Shown in pieces: positions 59,260-64,000 of a stretch of 64,000 nt of DNA. Made by a program: the position numbers and the translations under genes. The notes under the pieces were generated by a model, which saw nothing but the letters and a program-made list of their open reading frames with translations, made no database searches and was not told the DNA's origin. Source of the stretch: an uncultured Acidobacteriota bacterium (lineage in GTDB: Bacteria; Acidobacteriota; Thermoanaerobaculia; Multivoradales; UBA5704); the NCBI GenBank assembly GCA_963700145.1, contig OY969474.1:5340928-5404927 (forward strand), read 5' to 3'. Numbering within the stretch: the stretch's first letter is position 1; every line of letters begins with the position of its first letter.

Positions 59260-60315
59260 ATGAAGAAGCCTAGGCGACCAGAGTACACCCCGTTGGACTT
59301 CGCTCAATGGAAGGCGGCGAACTCTCTTTCTCTCTCTCCCAAGTTCCAGCGGCGGGGAGTCTGGAAATCGGCGGCCCGCTCCTTTTTTGTGGACAGCTTA
59401 CTGCGAGGTATGCCAGTTCCTCCAATCTACTTGCGCGAGATGCAGTCTCCGCAGCGCGATCGCGTAATTCGCGAAGTGATAGATGGCCAGCAGCGGATCG
59501 CTGCTGTCCTCGACTTTATGGACGGCAAGTACCGCCTCTCTAGGAGTCTCAAGGGGCCGTGGGCTGGCAAAGCCTTTGGCGGATTGACGCCGGAGGAGCA
59601 GGACAACGTGACGAACTACGCCTTCTCTGTCGAGATGTTTCATGGGATCTCTGATCTTGAGGTCCTCGAGATGTTCTCTCGACTGAATACATATAGTGTG
59701 GCGCTAAACAAGCAAGAACTCCGTCACGGGAGGTTTTTTGGTCGATTCAAGCAGTCTGTCTACTCCCTTGCTTACGAGCATTTGGAATTCTGGCGGCGCC
59801 ACCGAATATTCACAGAGCAGAATATCGCGCGCATGCTCGAAGCTGAATTTGTTAGCGAGGTTCTGATTGCTTTTCTCGATGGAATGCAAGACAAGAAGAA
59901 GTCCATTGAGTCGTTCTATGACAAGTTTGACGACGAGTTTGCTGAGCAGTCGCGTCTGGAGAAGCATTTCCGTGAAGCCGTAGACGAAATAACGGAGTCG
60001 CTTGGCGACGCCCTTGTGGATACCATCTTTCGTCGGCCTCCCATCTTGTATTCGCTCGTTTGCGTTCTCCAACACCGCCGACACGGCTTACCGGGCGTGT
60101 CTGTCGCAACCACGAAAAGGCCTCTCTCTCAAGACGAACGCTTGTCCCTACGAGAGGCCGTTGAGTCTCTCTCGGCGAGGGTTGATTCCGCTCGCGCGGG
60201 TGAAGTCGTCCCGAATCAATACGTCGCCTTCGTCAAGGCCTGCCTACAGCAGACAGACAATATTAGGCCGCGCGAGACTAGGTTCAAGGTTCTCTATCGC
60301 ACAGCATTCCGGTAG
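59260..60315 (+). CDS. DUF262 (ParB-like/GmrSD N-terminal) domain protein, no DUF1524/HNH domain
   Basis: 351 aa. FQRRGVWKSAARSFFVDSLLRGMPVPPIYL and VIDGQQRIAAVLDF (DGQQR motif). The C-terminal half is helical with no His-Me/HNH signature visible. Low GC. Confidence 0.85.
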   Translation: MKKPRRPEYTPLDFAQWKAANSLSLSPKFQRRGVWKSAARSFFVDSLLRGMPVPPIYLREMQSPQRDRVIREVIDGQQRIAAVLDFMDGKYRLSRSLKGPWAGKAFGGLTPEEQDNVTNYAFSVEMFHGISDLEVLEMFSRLNTYSVALNKQELRHGRFFGRFKQSVYSLAYEHLEFWRRHRIFTEQNIARMLEAEFVSEVLIAFLDGMQDKKKSIESFYDKFDDEFAEQSRLEKHFREAVDEITESLGDALVDTIFRRPPILYSLVCVLQHRRHGLPGVSVATTKRPLSQDERLSLREAVESLSARVDSARAGEVVPNQYVAFVKACLQQTDNIRPRETRFKVLYRTAFR

Positions 60316-60318
60316 ACC

Positions 60319-60963
60319 ATGCCGAGGCAGATGCCCCGCCTCGAGGCGGAGTTTCATCGCCATGCGGCAGAAGCTATGAAGCTTGCCGAAATTGGTGAGC
60401 TCTCACGAGCTGAGGCAATCGCTGGCTCCCAGACGCGCAAGAATTTCCATCACAGTCGCGTGGAGTTACTGTATGAGCTAGCATTTTTGCGGGTTTTCGT
60501 GGCGTGGGAAGCGTTTCTTGAGCAGACCTTCATCCGATATCTCTGCGGCTATAGATCAAGGAGAGGCGTGGCTGTCCTTTTGGCTGGAGCATCGTTCTCG
60601 CCGACGCTTGCACACGCCACAGCCGTTGTTCTGGCGGGAAGAGACTACGTATTGTGGCATGACCCGTTAAAGGTGATTGGAAGATCGCAGCGGTCGTTCA
60701 CTGCCTGTCCTATCGAAACGGTCCTTCTCTCAAACACTGCCCGTCTTCAGGCATGTGCCGCTGTACGCCACCGCATCGCACACTCACAGAGCGACGCTCG
60801 GCGGAAGTTCGACAACGCGACCATGGCCATAGCAGGGAAGCGCTACAGAGGTGCCCGAGCGGGCGCGTTTCTTCGCGACTGGGACATAGGGGTGACGCCT
60901 CATGCCCGATGGCTTGAGCAATTGGGGCGTGAGTTGCAGAGTCTTGCATCTCAGATAGCATGA
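60319..60963 (+). CDS. HEPN-like protein (Rx4H: RHRIAH), MAE_28990/MAE_18760-like by resemblance
   Basis: 214 aa. The ATG is 3 nt after the DUF262 stop. Helical N-part LLYELAFLRVFVAWEAFLEQTF and C-terminal AAVRHRIAHSQSD (Rx4-6H). The family assignment comes from memory of the motif pattern, not from a search. Confidence 0.5.
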   Translation: MPRQMPRLEAEFHRHAAEAMKLAEIGELSRAEAIAGSQTRKNFHHSRVELLYELAFLRVFVAWEAFLEQTFIRYLCGYRSRRGVAVLLAGASFSPTLAHATAVVLAGRDYVLWHDPLKVIGRSQRSFTACPIETVLLSNTARLQACAAVRHRIAHSQSDARRKFDNATMAIAGKRYRGARAGAFLRDWDIGVTPHARWLEQLGRELQSLASQIA

Positions 60964-60984
60964 ACAAGTTAAGCAAAAAGGCAT

Positions 60985-61016
60985 AACCCGCCCGCCATAG
61001 CGAAGGCGGACGGGTT
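60985..61016 (-). terminator. hairpin terminator downstream of the 61063..61779 gene and at the island edge
   Basis: AACCCGCCCGCC-atagcgaa-GGCGGACGGGTT with one mismatch. On the minus strand it is followed by atgccTTTTTgctt. Confidence 0.45.
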
Positions 61017-61062
61017 AGCCGGTCGGGGTGATGCAGTCGTCAGTCTCTCGTCGTCGTCGGCC

Positions 61063-61779
61063 TTACTGGATGATCAGGGTGTAGTTGACACCCGTCTCCG
61101 ACTGGTCGGGGTTGATCATCCGGAAGCTGAGGGTGTGCTCGCCCTGGCTCAGCGGCTTCAGGAGCAGGAAGTAGCCGTCCGCCACCGCCGGGGAGCGGTC
61201 GCCCGGGTCGAGCCCGAGATCGGTCAGGAAGGACGGATCCGGGACTTCCAGGGTGTAGCCCTCGGGCTGGCTCTGGGCCCGGTAGGCGAGGAGGTCTCCG
61301 ATGGGCTCGCCGTCGAGGGTGGCCTCGAAGGAGACGCCCGGCGCCACGGGCACGTCGTTGTTGACGTCGCAGCGCACCTGCTCCGCGATCGTCGCCATCT
61401 GCGAGCAGGGGTCGCCCGCCGAGGGGAACTCCGGCGCGAAGCTGACGAAGACGCCGCCCAGCGAGAGGAAGATCGCCTTGCCGGCCGGGATCTCGCACGT
61501 CCGGTCGGCGACGCCGCCGAAGGTGCTGGCCAGGAACCACACGCTGCCGTGCTGGTTCAGGTCGCAGAACCTGCCGTCGGGATCGAGCGCCGGGTTGGTC
61601 GCGAACGGCTCGGCGACCAGCCAGTTGGTCCATTCGCTGGCCAGCTCGTTGTACGACTTGCCGGCGAACTTCTGACCCGGCTCGACGACCTTGTTGCTGG
61701 CAGCGGCCGAAGCCGCCGCCGCCACCAGGAGCACCATCACCACCACTGCACTCTGCCGAAGCTTGCTGTTCAGTTTCAT
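61063..61779 (-). CDS. hypothetical secreted protein
   Basis: 238 aa with a signal peptide (VVVMVLLVAAAASAAAS) and backbone GC. No family recognised. Confidence 0.65.
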   Translation of the reverse strand: MKLNSKLRQSAVVVMVLLVAAAASAAASNKVVEPGQKFAGKSYNELASEWTNWLVAEPFATNPALDPDGRFCDLNQHGSVWFLASTFGGVADRTCEIPAGKAIFLSLGGVFVSFAPEFPSAGDPCSQMATIAEQVRCDVNNDVPVAPGVSFEATLDGEPIGDLLAYRAQSQPEGYTLEVPDPSFLTDLGLDPGDRSPAVADGYFLLLKPLSQGEHTLSFRMINPDQSETGVNYTLIIQ

Positions 61780-61836
61780 GTCCTTCTCCTTTTGAGTTTT
61801 ATGTGTGAAGCGTTTTTGGTTGACGAAACGTCGTGT

Positions 61837-63060
61837 TTACTGCGTGCCGCCGCGCACCGCCCGCACGCGGGAAGTGCCGGACTTGAACGTCGTGGCCACA
61901 CTGCCGTAGTTGTCCACGTACCAGGCCGCGAACGTGGCGCTGGCCCGCGTCGTCGACGTCCAGTAGGTGGACTGGAAGGTGCAGCTGCCGGTCAACACGG
62001 TGGCGCCGGGAACGCAGTTGTTCTGGAACGCCGGCGATACCGCCCACTGGTTCTGGAAGTCCGCGACGCTCAGGAGCTCCCGCGCGTTGGGCACGCGCCA
62101 GTCGCTATAGCCCCCGAAGCCTTCCTGGTTGACGTCCTCCAGCCAGTCCCAAACCGTCTCCTCGTAGCCGTTGCCGGACCACCAGTAGATGTTGTCCTTG
62201 TCGTGCCGGCCGCCGTTGTCGCCCTTCTTCTCCCAGACCAGGCCGGTGTTGTCGTCGGTGATCGTGCCGTTGCCGTTGTCGGTGAAGCTCAGGGGCGCAC
62301 CCGCCCGCAGCGTGCCGTCGTCCGGTACGGCGACCGCGCCGGGGATGCCGTCGTTCTTGTTCGCGGTGTAGGCCGTGAGCTGGCCGGTGGCCGGGAAGCC
62401 CGAATCGCCGCCCCGCACCGCCCGCACGCGCAGGCCGGCGGTCTTGTCGTACGGGTAGAGGACGCCCTCGTAGAAGCTCACGCCCCACGCCATGCCGGTG
62501 CTGCGGGCCCAGGTCGTCGACGACGTGTAGCTGGTCACGGCGGTGCAGCTCCCGGTCAGCACGGTGGCGCCCGCCACGCAGTTGCTGTTGAACGCCGACG
62601 CCGTCATCGGCGCGCCGTTCTGGAAGTTGACGAGGGTCTGGAGCTCCTTGGCGTTCGGCACGCGCCAGTCGTCGTAGCTCGCGAAGCCGGTGCCGCCTTC
62701 CGCGTTGACGTCGTCCAGCCAGTCCCAGATGGTTTCCTGGGTGCCGGTGCCGGACCAGGCGTAGTAGTTGTCCTTGTCGTGCAGCCCGCCGTTGTCGCCC
62801 TTCTTCTCCCACATCAGGCCGGTGGTGTCGTCGGTGATCGTGCCGTCGCCGTTGTCGGTGTAGCTCAGGCTCGCGCCCGCCTGGAGCGTGCCGTCGTCCG
62901 GCACCGCGACCGCGGCCGGGATGTTGTCGTTCTTGTTCGCGGTGTACGCCGTGGTCTGCCCGGTGGCCGGGAGATCCATCGCCCCGGCGGAGGCCGCGCA
63001 GCCCAGGGCCAGGGCCGCCAGGACGAGCAGTGATAGGAACTGATGCCGCCTACGATCCAT
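61837..63060 (-). CDS. secreted protein with two DUF1566 (Lcl C-terminal-like) domains
   Basis: 407 aa. Duplicated TGL(M/V)WEKKGDNGG.HDKDN.Y.WS...W.WL.DVN...G...Y.DWRVPNA.EL modules. Confidence 0.8.
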   Translation of the reverse strand: MDRRRHQFLSLLVLAALALGCAASAGAMDLPATGQTTAYTANKNDNIPAAVAVPDDGTLQAGASLSYTDNGDGTITDDTTGLMWEKKGDNGGLHDKDNYYAWSGTGTQETIWDWLDDVNAEGGTGFASYDDWRVPNAKELQTLVNFQNGAPMTASAFNSNCVAGATVLTGSCTAVTSYTSSTTWARSTGMAWGVSFYEGVLYPYDKTAGLRVRAVRGGDSGFPATGQLTAYTANKNDGIPGAVAVPDDGTLRAGAPLSFTDNGNGTITDDNTGLVWEKKGDNGGRHDKDNIYWWSGNGYEETVWDWLEDVNQEGFGGYSDWRVPNARELLSVADFQNQWAVSPAFQNNCVPGATVLTGSCTFQSTYWTSTTRASATFAAWYVDNYGSVATTFKSGTSRVRAVRGGTQ

Positions 63061-63154
63061 CTTCGTTCTCCTCTCGAATGCGCGCCCGAACAGGGCGGCG
63101 TTTCCGGGGAAATCGAAATCCGCGGCGGAAAGGCGACAGGCGGGTGGAAACGAT

Positions 63155-64000
63155 TTACCGCAGCGAGCGGTACGGAGCGGCCTTCTCGGGCCGGCCCCAG
63201 GCCTCGTAGAGCGCGACGAGGCGGGCGAGATTGTCGCGGGCCTCGCGGGTCTCGAGGCCCTCGGGGTCGGGCGTCACCTGGAGGAGCGCGTGGGCACCGA
63301 GCAGGTGGGGCTCGGCGTCGGCGAAGCGGGAGAGGCGCGTGTAGGCGTCCCCGAGGAGGCTCCGGGTCGCACCGAGCCGCCAGTCGCCGGCGGGCAGGCT
63401 CTCCTGCTGGACGCCGAGCGCGTGGCGGAGCAGCGGCACCGCCTCGGCGGGGCGGCCCTGGTCCAGGTAGATGCGCGCCAGGCCCACCTCCTGGCGGGCG
63501 ACCAAGGGGTGGTCGGGGCCCAGGGCCGGCCGGGAGATCCCGAGGGCCTCTTCGTTCATCGCCGCCGCCTCGGCGAGCTTGCCGCGCAGCCGCAGGACGT
63601 TGGCGAGGTTGGCGAGGCGCTGCGCGTTGTTGGGATGGTCCCGTCCCAGGCTGGCCTGGCTGATGCCGAGCGCCTCGCGGAACATCCCTTCGGCGGCGGC
63701 GTGGTCGCCGCGCTCGTTGACGGTCAGGGCCAGGTTGGCGAGCGCCGTGGCGGTGTCGGGGTGCCGCGGTCCGCTCGACTTGCGCGTCACCGCCAGGGTC
63801 TCGCGGAGCATGGTCTCGGCGCCGGCCCGGTCCCCCTTCTGTCGCAGGAGCAGACCCAGGTCGCTCATGCTGGTCGCCGTGTCGTGGTCGGCCGGTCCGA
63901 GCACCTTGCGGCGGATCGCCAGGGCGGCGCGGCAGTGCGCCTCGGCCTCGTCCAGGCGCCCCAGGTCGAGGAGCGCCCGCCCCAGCTCGCTGTGCGTCAC
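63155..64000 (-). CDS. tetratricopeptide-repeat protein, partial (N-terminus beyond window end)
   Basis: Regular TPR units (A...L.NLA.V....G....A......AL.I....LGP.HP.TA). The frame is open to the window edge, so the GTG start in the track is an edge artefact. Confidence 0.75.
   Translation of the reverse strand: MTHSELGRALLDLGRLDEAEAHCRAALAIRRKVLGPADHDTATSMSDLGLLLRQKGDRAGAETMLRETLAVTRKSSGPRHPDTATALANLALTVNERGDHAAAEGMFREALGISQASLGRDHPNNAQRLANLANVLRLRGKLAEAAAMNEEALGISRPALGPDHPLVARQEVGLARIYLDQGRPAEAVPLLRHALGVQQESLPAGDWRLGATRSLLGDAYTRLSRFADAEPHLLGAHALLQVTPDPEGLETREARDNLARLVALYEAWGRPEKAAPYRSLR

Overview
This is a high-GC bacterial chromosomal window. The taxon cannot be determined from the sequence; a recurrent GTCATCCTGAGCG-AGCGAAGGATCTGGG palindromic element and the gene content resemble Acidobacteriota-like genomes, but that is inference only. 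No rRNA, tRNA or CRISPR was seen.

Backbone genes, all with clear family motifs: vapBC, corA, DUF72, an NfeD/stomatin pair, a SPOR protein, lnt, prfB (classic +1 frameshift site present), two glycosyltransferase-type genes, a Nudix CoA pyrophosphatase, a class-A beta-lactamase-like hydrolase, fbaB, patatin, a mono-haem cytochrome c, an MBL hydrolase, lpdA-E1alpha-E1beta-E2, a 7-haem cytochrome/TPR fusion, lipB, an NrtR-like regulator with nadABC, lipA, arsM with a MarR regulator, arfB, TMEM175, an S8 protease, xth, DUF3592, TauE, a TonB-dependent receptor, a histidine kinase with two response regulators (one carrying PAS-GGDEF-EAL), DUF1566 and TPR proteins.

The backbone is interrupted by visibly lower-GC accessory patches at 1-1015, 19359-25186, 38506-40786 and 57701-61030. 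These hold toxin-antitoxin pairs and eroded TA remnants, an IS91-like transposase stump, a frameshifted GIY-YIG gene and several orphan ORFs.

Most notable observations:
- A tightly coupled DUF262 (DGQQR) plus HEPN-like (RHRIAH) gene pair at 59260-60963, a candidate uncharacterised defence module.
- A roughly 34-unit, strictly 21-bp-phased TTTCGGACC repeat array at 57701-58414, directly beside that island.
- Three diverged copies of the 3' end of the cytochrome c gene bracketing two tandem insertions, an att-like structure.
- A second 21-bp-phased GTCGAT iteron-like array at 24863-25012.
- Twin 19-bp operators in the nadA leader next to the NrtR-like regulator.
- A MarR-type regulator with vicinal Cys pairs and AGTTGCAACT palindromic sites beside arsM.

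Many long Arg/Ala/Gly/Pro-rich ORFs in the supplied track are antisense or out-of-frame artefacts of the high GC content and were rejected.
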